DNA of 52,820 nt, the filler included, from Sphacelaria rigidula (taxonomy: Eukaryota): assembly GCA_964200075.2 (NCBI GenBank). It is 3 parts of 3 records of this genome, joined end to end, with 100 filler letters (N's around TTAATTAATTAA, not from the genome) between each part and the next. Parts side by side here need not be neighbours in the genome. Positions count along the whole stretch, not along the records: positions 1 to 17,543 come from CAXNAA020001048.1; positions 17,644 to 35,182 come from CAXNAA020001049.1; 1 more part is not named here. The stretch is one strand, 5' to 3'. Of this stretch, positions 12,036 to 23,000 are shown piece after piece. Position numbers and translations under genes: made by a program. The notes beneath the pieces are model-generated. The model did not search any database, was not told the origin of the DNA, and was given only the letters and a program-made list of their open reading frames with translations. How positions within the stretch are numbered: position 1 is the first letter of the stretch; the number at the start of each line of letters is the position of its first letter.

Positions 12036-15000
12036 GTTATCTTCATTAACAAACACCGGTGCGTACATCACACTCAAAATAGCGGGGCATTCGTTGTGGG
12101 GACTTGTGTTGAAGTCAATTCGGACAGGTTTCGCAGATAAAGGAGCCGTCAGCAGCTGGGGAGGGGGGGTTACGAGGTTGAAAGTCGTGTATTGCATTCC
12201 CTCCTAAGACCGTAGACTGGTAGTTGCCTGAGATCCTACTCGTAAGATCTCCGGTCTGATGGGCAGGAGAATAGTTAACAGTGATTTGCTGACCAGCAAA
12301 ACACAAAACATTGGATACATGTCCCCTATCCCCAAGGCGGTAATACCCTGGTGAGTGTCTATATACAGAGGATTTGGCATAGCCCCTGGTATTTCCTCCG
12401 TCATTTGGACCCTTTTACGAAGCGAGTACGAGAGACTGGAGGAAGCAACGAGCGGGATAATAGTAAAGTGAGAACGAGTTTTGTCTCTGACTGACCTTCA
12501 CCTACACGTGAAAGCTGAAGACATATTGGACACGAGTCCACTGATATACTTGAAGCTGATACTCGGTCATTTGACGACGGCTGGACCCCTGGGGGATCGG
12601 CTAATGTGGGACAGTCAGCCAATCAATCCACTGCAGCCATTCTTCAGCCAAATTGAATTTCGCGTGGAAAACACTTCCGAAATCCACATTTTTTACGATA
12701 GTCCCCCCCCCAAACCAGTCCAAAAGTGTCACGGAAAAAATGGCCATACAGCGCCTGATGCTTGGTTTCAGGCTCTGCATAAAGCGCCTCATGTTGACGA
12801 CATTGGCGAGAAAAAACTCACGCGTGGCAGCTGCTCGTTGTGCTTGGCTTTTTCCCTTTCGTTTCACGTGAAGATTTTGCCTCCCCGAACCAGGCACTCT
12901 TTTGGAGGGGGCTATCGGAGGAAGTGTCAATCTTGGAAGTGTCAAATCGTTTTTGAGCATATTATACTACTTGAACAAATGTTGTTGTGAATCGTTGCTT
13001 GGCGGACACACCCACCCACGCACAGATCTCGGCTGATCTCACTAGCGAAAGCTGAAATGTGAGAAATAAACGTACACGATTTCCCTTGACCGTAGTATTT
13101 TGTCTGCATCATTCTGTGATGGGAAATGCACATATCACCAATAATAAATTGGGACAACTATACATACGCATATATATATATATATATAGTGCTCTGGGTG
13201 GTCAAGCCATGCGAAGAAGTGTCATTGTCCATTGATCCACTGCCGGATGAAGAGCACCTCTCTCGGAAATGACACGAATGAACGTTAAAAAACCAACACA
13301 CACGCTCAGCACCGAGCTCGTTTACAAACACATCAACAACCTCCAACCTACACTCCGTCCGTGGAGTAGATATACTGCAAACACAGTAACATACATGTAC
13401 GAGTATCCCGTGCACAGAGCCGATCCAGCCTCCTGAGCACGCACCGCTCCCTCCTTTCCATTTTTTTCGTGACAACGCTCACACGCGCATGTATTTAGAG
13501 CAGCTACTGCACGCATTGATTTTATGAGGAGGTGCAGCGCCTTTTACGACTGAAGTGGCAACGTGAATCAAAATCCTATGGACAATAACAACAACACCAT
13601 CACCAACACCAACAACGGCCCTGATGGTGCTTTTTTGAACAAAAACAAAAATGTGTTTTTTGTATCATGCAAAAACGAGCTACTGTAGTATTATAGTAGC
13701 ACTAACAAAACATCAGCACAAAAAAACAGAAAGAGTGCACAGACGCCTAGTACCGTGAAAGGACGACTGACTTGAGATATCAACGCTAATTAAAACGTGC
13801 CTTCAACGATCGTACTTAGATACTGCATGTAATAAACGCTCGCACGCGCCACTGAAGGTTTTGAGTAAAATCGGAACACAAACAGCAAACCGTCCGCTCG
13901 GGAGAGCGGTGCGCGGTGAGTAAATTGCCGTCCTCATTTCACGCCACACACTGCTTCAATAGTCAAACGTTGTCGTGTAGACAATGGTCCCAACAAAAAC
14001 TTACAGCTATCGAAATTGAGTGCGTTTCCGCCAGCACAACAACAAGCATCAAAACCCCTCGTATGAGAGCAGACAAATGCCGGACAGCTGGTTCAGGCAC
14101 TGCCATCACCACCCGCAACAGCTACCGAACTGGCCGGGTAGACACGGATGTTGCACTTCGAAGCGTAGACATACATGTATATGTATATTTCGTGAGCACA
14201 AGCCATTGTCATGAACGATAGTTCCTTCCAATGGGCAACAATTAACACAACGCCAACACCAACAGCAGCAGCAACAGCAGTAACAACAACAGGCAGAGCT
14301 TGCCGGACCTCTTGTTTGCCACGCATAAAACGAACCACCCGCGATGTGGCCTCAGACACGTTTTGCAGTAACATCGTGTGTTTTACAGCTTCGATGTATG
14401 TATGTTTATTCATGTTTTCTCATTCCCCCCTCCCTCCCGACCCCCCTCCCCGAAAAAAAACAAGAAACACCGAAACGACGACAAACAAAAATCCTCCACG
14501 AACTAAACAACAGTCGCAGAAAAAAAAAAAGAGTATTCACGCAGAGATGCATGCTTTCATCCACACTCCATCCCTCGTATACGGGTTGCACTATGAGTGA
14601 GCAACCTCATCGTCCCGACCCCCGTGTGTACTGATGTAAAAACTGACAGCAAAAATATCAAATGCTGAGTTCAGAATCGCGACATTTCCAATAACTGCTG
14701 AAAGGAACACTTGACACGTGATCACATGATGTCGGTCGGCATTTCTGCATCGGGGTCCCAGACACCCAGCTCACCACTACCACCCAACACATGCGAAAAC
14801 AGAAAAAGCGGCAAGAAGTCATGGTTGCGCAAATACCCATCAACTATGGAACGGATACATGAACTTTGGATGCACGAGCCTTCATAAACTTTGGATGAAT
14901 ACATATGTATACATATGTGGACATTGCTTGTTTTGCCCCTCACTGCTCTTTTCCATCGATGGCGGCAGGCCTGAGAAGTGCCTACATAGCGCCGCGGAAC

Positions 15001-15577
15001 ATAACACGGTCAGGAGTGGGGGGGAGGTGGGGGAGGGCTGTTCACAAAAAAGCGGGCTGAATAATGGAAGTCTCAGCATCACTGATCGTACATCACTACC
15101 TGCGCTGAAGATCGAAATAGACCAGCATACATCTTGTTACCAGTGAGCATTCATCTGTCTACGGGGAGCAGCACGATGATCTGCTGAAACCTATACCACT
15201 GCATTACCGAGCGCTCATCTCTTGCTTACAAACCTGGCCACAGGTAACGCAGGACGACAAGCGACCCGAGAACAAATGCTGTGGCACCCACCCGTGGAAG
15301 ACGGCTGGCTAAAGTAGTGCGTTTTTTTGCGCGGGTGCTCTAGTATGGTACGATTCGGTCCATGAATACAGTGTGGAGCACACGCAGGGGCTGGATGACA
15401 GCCATGGAGTACGTGAGTCTTCTGAGGACTACACAGCCAGCAAGCTGTTGGACATGGAGAATGACCTCTTGTGGATATGGTCTAGGGGATCGAATTCACG
15501 GATCTCCAGAAACTTTCATAACGTGCTCTCCTCATAAACCCCCCCTCCCCCCTTCAAGTGCTTCGGGCCAAACACTC

Positions 15578-15760
15578 TTAGCAGGATGCAGCTCACCCAT
15601 CACGCGACTCGTCGAACATATCACGGCGCTTGGCGGTCTGTGATTGACTGCAAACTTGGTCCGGCGAAAACTCACCGTGCTCCGTCCAGGCTTTGTAGGG
15701 AATCGAGGTCAGTGGTCTCTATGACTATGGCGCGAAAAATCATGAGTACACCTCCCCGAA
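15578..15760 (+). repeat. Dispersed repeat, copy 1 (homologous to 36535-36722 and 36150-36195)
   Basis: Shared TTAGCAGGATG, GCAGCTCACCC, GTGATTGA, GTCCGGCGAAAAC, GGCTTT, GACTATGGC, ATCATGA.TACACC. Confidence 0.7.
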
Positions 15761-16418
15761 AAAACAAGTTGTGAGCCCAGAGTCTGTGGACAGACCGAGA
15801 CTGTCTACATGTCTGAGCTCTACGCTGAACTCTCTACCAGCGCTGTCGCCCACTCATGCTGGTGGGGTCGTTACAAGCGCACACTTCACGCAGGTGTTGG
15901 TACCCATAGATAGTATTTACCGACACACGTGCTTCGTGAGTTCCATGATTCTTGTTTGGGTACTCGTCTGGTAGATCCGAGATAACCGAGCGTCTCGTGA
16001 TTTCACGTCTGCCCCAATTGCCCTATTCCCCCCCCCCCCACAGTACGGGATGTTCAGTTCAACAATAACTCGGCCATGTAGACGACGACGTCAACAGGAT
16101 TTATTACAAAGCACGCTTGTTGATGCAACATGGGAACTGACATGCTTGTAGACGTTTTGGATTGGATTATGACTTCAGAAGCCGGCCAGGCGAAATAAAT
16201 GGCGGGCAAAAAAAGGTATATATTGATGTATATATCGGAACAGTATTCTACAATTTTTACCGCAAGGGATTCGTAGCACAACTCGATACGGGGAACATAC
16301 GAGATACCCAACCTGTTTCTATCCCGTCCGTTGTACATTTCTTTCTGTTCTTCCTCACTTTTCTTCAGCGAGTGTTTCAGGTTTGTTCCTGCCTCGGGTA
16401 CAGTTCGTCTGAAACCTC

Positions 16419-16562
16419 CACACCTTGGACAATATATTATGGTCAATAGATGCAATAGACACAAAACGTACTATTGACAACAGTTGCAGTTGGCCTATAC
16501 TTTACCCAGTACATTTTTTGTCTATTGCACCTATTGACCATATATATATTGTCCAGGATGTG
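16419..16562. mobile_element. Short hairpin MITE (CAC...GTG ends, ~55-bp arms)
   Basis: TGGACAATATATTATGGTCAATAGATGCAATAGACA vs TGTCTATTGCACCTATTGACCATATATATATTGTCCA. Confidence 0.75.
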
Positions 16563-17468
16563 AAAAAATCATACCACTCTGTACGGAAATATAGCTGGGA
16601 TTTGAGGTTCTAGCGGCATAACTCATGCCGGTTGAGGTTTTTTTTCACGCTCTACTTTTCCAGAATCCCTAAAATGTGCCCGAAAGCGCCAAAACCACAC
16701 TGTTTGCGGAGGGCACCCATCAGCACCGACAATAGCAGCGCGAAATAGCAGGACTCAGAGCTGAAAAAAAGAATCTCCTGCAACGTGCACTTCAAGTCAT
16801 CTTCCTGATAATATCAGCGTCTGGCAACGTCGGCGGGACTGTAAAAAAAAAGAATCCCACAAGTTTTGAGAAAAGGGCCGCAACCGCGGAGCTGCTGAAG
16901 GGCAGGATGAGTGAAAACTGGGTACAAGGTACATTTTCCTGACTATTTTGTGAAAACCGGGGATGGCATCCAAATATCCCCGTGCAACCCGGGGGAAATT
17001 CCCCTCCCCCTCCGGTGCGTGAGGTAATGCTATCGAAACCATGTGGGGACCCCAGAAACAGCCTGTGCAGCCACGAACAGCTGTGTTGTGCACATCCCAC
17101 CTATGTTCCCGCCACTTCAAATCCCAGCTATATTTCCGTACAGAGTGGTATGAACCACGGCTGGATCCCTGTGGGGATCAGTTCAAGTGCAAAAAATCAA
17201 TCGTTCAATCAACCAATTTCACATGCTGCTCGTATTTCCACGAGCACGTGCGGAGGCATTTCGAGAAGGACTAGTGCGCGGGAATTCGGATGAAGCCCAG
17301 GATCAATCCGTGTGGAAGGAACACCAAGTACCTAGACTACAAACACTGATCAAACGCCACGAGTCATATCCGCTCCCTTACTCACTATTCGACAGGTCTC
17401 TTTTTGTCGTTCAAGTCATGGCGAATACGAAAACGATACTGCTCAGCTATTCGGACCCTAACGGTGCC

Positions 17469-17543
17469 GCGCCCCGGTGGTGTAATGGTCCGACTGTCGC
17501 CATGAGGGTGGAGAGAACGGGGGTTCGATTCCCGATGCGTTGG
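17469..17543 (+). mobile_element. tRNA-like SINE head truncated by assembly gap
   Basis: GCCCCGG-TGGTGTAATGG (A box)...GGGTTCGATTCCC (B box). Shares the GCCCCGGTGG start with the SINE at 48474; no clean anticodon arm. Confidence 0.55.
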
Positions 17544-17643
17544 NNNNNNNNNNNNNNNNNNNNNNNNNNNNNNNNNNNNNNNNNNNNTTAATTAATTAAN
17601 NNNNNNNNNNNNNNNNNNNNNNNNNNNNNNNNNNNNNNNNNNN
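17544..17643. other. Assembly gap (N-TTAATTAATTAA-N spacer)
   Basis: 100-nt N run with an artificial six-frame-stop linker. Confidence 0.97.
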
Positions 17644-17791
17644 CCCTGGAACCGTCTCAACTAGTAGAGCAAGTCATTCCAAGGTGTCAAATTCCGCCTA
17701 GCTCTCTTTTGGGGCGTAAAACGACGTAAAAGCTCCAAAAATACATTTTTCCGTTTTTATTTTTTATTTTTGTCTATTGTAGGAAGCGGCC
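17644..17791. mobile_element. Right arm of the foldback MITE family, truncated by gap
   Basis: TAGAGCAAGTCATTCCAAGGTGTCAAATTCCGCCTAGCTCTCTTTTGGGGCGTAAAACGACG...GGAAGCGGCC|TA, closely matching 52600-52732. Confidence 0.85.
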
Positions 17792-18261
17792 TAAAAACAC
17801 GAAAAAACGAAAAAAAAAAAGTCGTCTTTTTCATTTCATAATCCACTAGCGGTTCTCCATACCAAATTTCATAGCACAACTCTCAAAAACTGAGACGCGA
17901 TATCCAGATTTAGGGCATCTAGGGCCTCTGCTCGTAATATATCGATTTTAGTATGGAGTGCTATGTGCGCCATATCTCGAGATAGATTACGAACTGGATG
18001 AAGGTGAGGGTATCTATCGTCTCCCCGTGCTCCAGGGAAGGTCCACACCAAAAATCGTCATCATCCGATGAATGCATCGTTCGGGGTTTTATATAGATTT
18101 TAGTGCGGACGCTATCTCCGTGCGGTATAGGAATTACTATAATAGACATGGGGTTTATTCAATGAGAAAAGATTGGCCCAGATTTTTGAGCAGATGAGCA
18201 CCCTCCCCTTGATTCGACGATTAATATGATGTGCGGATCATGGCCCAACTCGTCTATGTCG

Positions 18262-18482
18262 ACGAGATATTGCCTTGAGAGCTGAAATCCGTTTGTAGGC
18301 TGGCCCAGGTCGTACTTACGCACACTGTTAGCTTAACCCTGAGACCGCGAGGGTAGTCCATCTTCATCATGGATACTTTCTTCAAGTCGAATTGATGCCG
18401 ATTTAACACATGACCTACCCTCGCCGTCTAAGGGTTAAATCCGTTTTTAGGCTGGCCCAGCTCGTACTTACGCAAACTGTTA
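18262..18482 (+). repeat. Two direct copies of AAATCCGTTT.TAGGCTGGCCCAG.TCGTACTTACGCA.ACTGTTA; motif also at 14-60
   Basis: Copies at ~18285 and ~18436. GAGATATTGC...AAATCCGTTT...GGCTGGCCCAG is shared with the window start. Confidence 0.7.
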
Positions 18483-18894
18483 CTGTACTGTTACCCACAC
18501 CCGACGATGGAGACAGTACTGTACTGTTTGTACTGAACAGTGTTCAAATCTTCAACAGTACATCTTATCGCATGCCTGTACTATCTGCACTGCACCTTGT
18601 TCAAATCTTGTTTACTACAGTACATGGTCGCACACATATCGCGGGACTGTCAGCCGAAATATTGTACCGAAGCGAGGCCCGGCGCCCAAAGGGTTGAGGG
18701 GAGCGTGGGGCCATCGCATCCTTACCGGACAATCGAATCTCGGAGTTACGACCCAGGGTGTTATACCCCGTAAGCTAGAGCCCTGCGCCCTAAACAGCCG
18801 TAGCTAGTGTAGTCCCCCGTCCCCCAAACCAAAGGCAAAACGAAGAATGGAAGGCCAGGACTATTACTGTATCCTAGGTTTCCACCAAACTCAC

Positions 18895-19180
18895 CACACG
18901 AGGTGGTTATCATTGGCCAGTCGCGACAGACAAACATGATCGGCGTTGTTGGTTGCCAGAGGATGCCCCGCCGCTGGACTAGCACCTGTTGCTGCCGCCG
19001 CCGCCGCCGCCGCCGCCGCTGCTGTTGCTTCTGTTGAAGCACCATGTTCCGATCCCTCGCAATCTACTGGTTCTTGCCCCTGTTCTCGTTGCGTGGAACA
19101 TTCAGGTGGGCATATTCCTTCATCTTGCTGGCGGTTTATTGCGCTGCGCGCCCACATGCTGGCGACGAAGCACTCAACGC
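18895..19180 (-). CDS. Candidate exon of an unidentified minus-strand gene (poly-Ala containing)
   Basis: CCCCCAG| acceptor, open frame VECFVASMWARS...EATAAAAAAAAAAATG...CLSRLANDNHLV, TG|GTGAGT donor. It could splice in phase to a candidate terminal exon 13158-13347 (-), but that join crosses an assembly gap. Confidence 0.35.
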
Positions 19181-20096
19181 CTGGGGGTCTTCAGCTAGGA
19201 GCTGCGCTTCGGCACGGGTTTTGTACTGTTAACATGTGCAGCATACAAATCATTGATGTTCAAACCAAAGCAGCTGGTTGGATGGCCGGTGTACGTTACA
19301 GCATTCGCACTATGCTGACCCACTATGCTAACTACGCCAACTGTTGCAGCATTACAATACCCATACAGTACACTACACAGTATCATGGGCTGGTGAAACA
19401 TGTCACCATCCCAGCCCATCTATTTTCATGTTCGTATTTGCTCGTACGAAATGTTCAGACCCGTTGGGTTCTCTGGGGGGTGTCCCGTTCGTCGGGCAGG
19501 CAGCCAGCAAGGTCCACGTATTTTCATGTGGTAGAGCCTACGGTATTGAGAGCGAGAAAATCATTGCATTCGATTTGATTGATATGTCAAATAGAAGTTC
19601 AGCGTAAGATAAGCAGCCGATCTTGCTAAGCGAGATACGGATTTCTCGCACAACACGAGCAGGACAAGCAAGGCTTGAGGTGAAGGTTGGAAACGGAGTT
19701 TCGCCGCATGCGGTATACTGGTAGCCCCGCCGTACTCGATGCAATCCTGGTGCTGCTCCGGTGGATCCCCAAACAAATACGGACTTCATCCACTTAGGGA
19801 TACTGCTGTTGAGCATAACTAGTCCCTTTTTCTAGGCCTACGCTAGGTTTGCGACAGCTAGCTTCGAAACAGGTGCTTGGCGGCGCTTCGAAGAAGCAAG
19901 TCCACTGGTGCCGTCTGCAATCCGTACAGTGCTGTCTCGTCTTACTGGGAGAATCATGCCTGTGGATGGGAGAATACAGCCAGGATTTGCGATCGTTTCT
20001 GCTCTGTACTCGCAGCAGTTAGCAAGGTATAATACGTCTGCCTCGGTTTTGAATAATATCATACACCACTCCCCCCTTCTTCCGCTTTTTTCTTTC

Positions 20097-23000
20097 ATGG
20101 CCCCGTTGGATCCATGTTTGGTGAGTGTTCAAGTTTGACATAATTTCATCATTTTTCACATTTGTTCACGACACCGCGGTGTATCGTGCACTAGCGACGT
20201 GCTGCACACTTGACTTCCAGCAGTGTGAAACGCTCGCTGGTCAGAGGCGAACGTAGAGTAGGGGATGGCATCGTCTCTTATATTGTCTCATGAAGAAATC
20301 CTTCTCGGATGTTTTCGATCGATTCATTTTTAGGGCGTCCCTTTTTCGAGCCCGGCTCGAGTCGTTCTACGGTAAAGGGTGTTTCGAAGATGAAGACGAA
20401 CCTCTCGTAAGTTGTAGCTTACCTGTGGATCGTCTCACGTTCAGCGCGATTTGGATTTCGGATACCACTGACTGTCATCATTTATTGGCAGATGTCTAAA
20501 TCCGGCACCGTACCCAGGATTTTTTTGTGCACCTCTAGCAGAATCACTCTCTCACGCCACTGCGGACCAAGGATACAAAAAACGATTCCCTCACGTGCTA
20601 TTTATTATACGATTGCACACGAGGATAACCGCACGTATCGTGCCCAGTACATACTTTCACAATCGATTACTTCACATATCCCTTACAAGTGATGAACCGT
20701 GCAAGCACTTGATATTTTATAAAAAACAACTCTATAGCGTGGGAGCTCTGCATCATCGTGCAACCTATATCCGGGATATGGACGTTCATCTAGGTTATCA
20801 CATCCAAGGATCTGTTGGGAGAAGAATTTCGGACACGGAGCTCCCCCCCCCCTCCCAGAAACCAATTTTTTAAAAATGTCATGATTTTGTTTTCTTCGTC
20901 AAATATTAACGCCAAGAAACACTGACAAGAACCGAAAAGTCTGGTGGGCTTTGCGAAGTTCGTATAGAAGTTCGTATATTTGCTTCTGCTTCTTGCCCGC
21001 TCTGTCCCTATGACCTCGGATGTCGGCCACGCTCACACACATGTATGCACAAGAGCGCACGGTAGCGACAGTCTGTGGCCAAAGTAGCACACAATATCTC
21101 ACGCCTCGCCAAACTTTCCTGGACTACTGGTAGGTACTCGAGGCACACGACACGGGACATGATCCCATAAATGTAATCACGGTAGGTGATGAACTTGAGG
21201 GGGGTGGTGTGTCCGCCATCTCAGCGGTCTCCATGCTCAGGATCTCTGTACACGGCAGCCGATCGCATCTCCCAACGCCTCGGCTATAAACCAGGGGACA
21301 GGAGACTGAGGTCCCCCCCCCACCCCTCAACAGCTACTTTTTTTTATCGTAGGGCCTACGTGTCCTGAAGCCTTTTCCCGACAGACCCTTGTCACATCCC
21401 AGATGGATACCCATCTGGCATATCAACGTCCATCTTGGATGTCCATCTTGGATGTCAACATCTGAGATGGACGTCCATATCCCAGATGTACATCCACATC
21501 CAAGATGGATCTATTTTCACCGATGGATCTGGTATCCCAGATGGATCTGTTATCTCTGATGGATACCCGAGATGAACGCCCATATCTCGGATGGACGTCC
21601 GTATCCTAGATTGACGTCCGTATCGCAGATGGAGGTTGCAAGATAGTACAAGACCATGGGCACCGTGCCGTCGAAGGTTCTCAACTGCGCCTTATCAAAT
21701 TTTACAGGCCTTCCGGAAGTCAGCGGGCAAGAGTACGCAAGGCGTGTCAACAGAGATATCGTCATTGCGTAAGGCCCAAGAGCGCCACGGGCGTGTCCTC
21801 CATCCAACAGCACGCTATCGATGAAGCCAGTGGTTTAACTTCCAAGATACAGAGATCGGGAGCGAAGCCTGATGACCAATCGACTCAACAACAACAACCG
21901 CGCCGCCCAGGGACCAAGCGGCCTGCAAGTGCTGCAGCCGTCGTCACTGCACGAGAACCTTCACGGCTGAGTGCTCGACCAACCATGCGGAGGAGGCCAC
22001 GTACCGCTACAGGGACATTTGCGAAGCATATATCTGCCGGGCACACAGGGTCCGAAGGTCAAACAAGTAATCAGGATCTGACGATGAGCAGGCGCAAGGA
22101 AGTTCGTTGCGCTAGCAGGGGTGCTAGACCGACAAGGGCTTGTAGTTGCGGCATGGGCCACAGCACCTCGTCCGAAAATCGATCTGGAAATCTCTTCGGA
22201 GATGTGAGCGAGAAACGACATCCTTGCTCGGATAGGAATGCAGCCACGATGACGCGGGAGAATGAACCTACTTGGTGGTATAATCACGAGAACCTTGCTT
22301 CAGATCCCAGGGTGATGAGGAATGTTGAAGCCTTTGTAACCAAAATATTGCACAAGGAGACTCACGGAGAAGGTACACAACACAAAAATGGTCACCAACA
22401 ACAGCTCCCCGTAAGAGCGACCTTGCTCCGCACGGGTTCTCATGAATGTGAAGCTTTCACTTTACTGCCGGCCGCAGGTGAGCAGTATTCCGAGGGTGAG
22501 CGTTCAAAAAACGGCCACATCGCTAGCGCTCGTTGTGAGCCGAGACGTACAAACGACAGATTACAGACGAAGGTAAGCCCGCCCGCCACTAAACGAGATG
22601 AGGCAACTGCAGCAGCTGCGGCGAGAGCATGTCCATACCCCCCCTGTGACCAACGTGGAAAAAAAGGAAAGGCGACTGGGCGCGGCACGCGTGGCCCAAT
22701 CGGAAGGAATATGATATTTGCTCAAACTGCCGCTGCTGATGAACAAGAGGTATCGACCACGGGCGATGGTTGTAACCACGCAACCGCTGACGCTACACGG
22801 GAAGCTGAGAGCACGCTTATCGATAATTACTTCGCCCCGATCCCGGAAGGAACGACGGCACGCGTCAACCCTTCCGTGTTCGACGTATTGGGTTCCATGA
22901 GGCCGAGCCTAGAGCGTCAACGATACCCCAAACCGATAGCTACTGGAGGCAGGAGTAGTAGACAGCACACGACACTAATGCGACACAGAAGCCCCGCCAT

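Noticed and set aside
11427..12207. 256-aa minus ORF and poly-Met/poly-Ile ORFs
   Set aside because: Shadow frames of the TPR gene's triplet repeats.
17469..17543. Functional tRNA gene (also 48400-48474, minus strand)
   Set aside because: A and B boxes are present but there is no coherent cloverleaf; a SINE head is more likely.
17588..17599. TTAATTAATTAA palindrome inside N runs (also ~35227)
   Set aside because: Artificial scaffolding linker, not biological.
21392..21644. CRISPR-like array
   Set aside because: Units are degenerate and contiguous with no unique spacers, there are no cas genes, and the context is eukaryotic.
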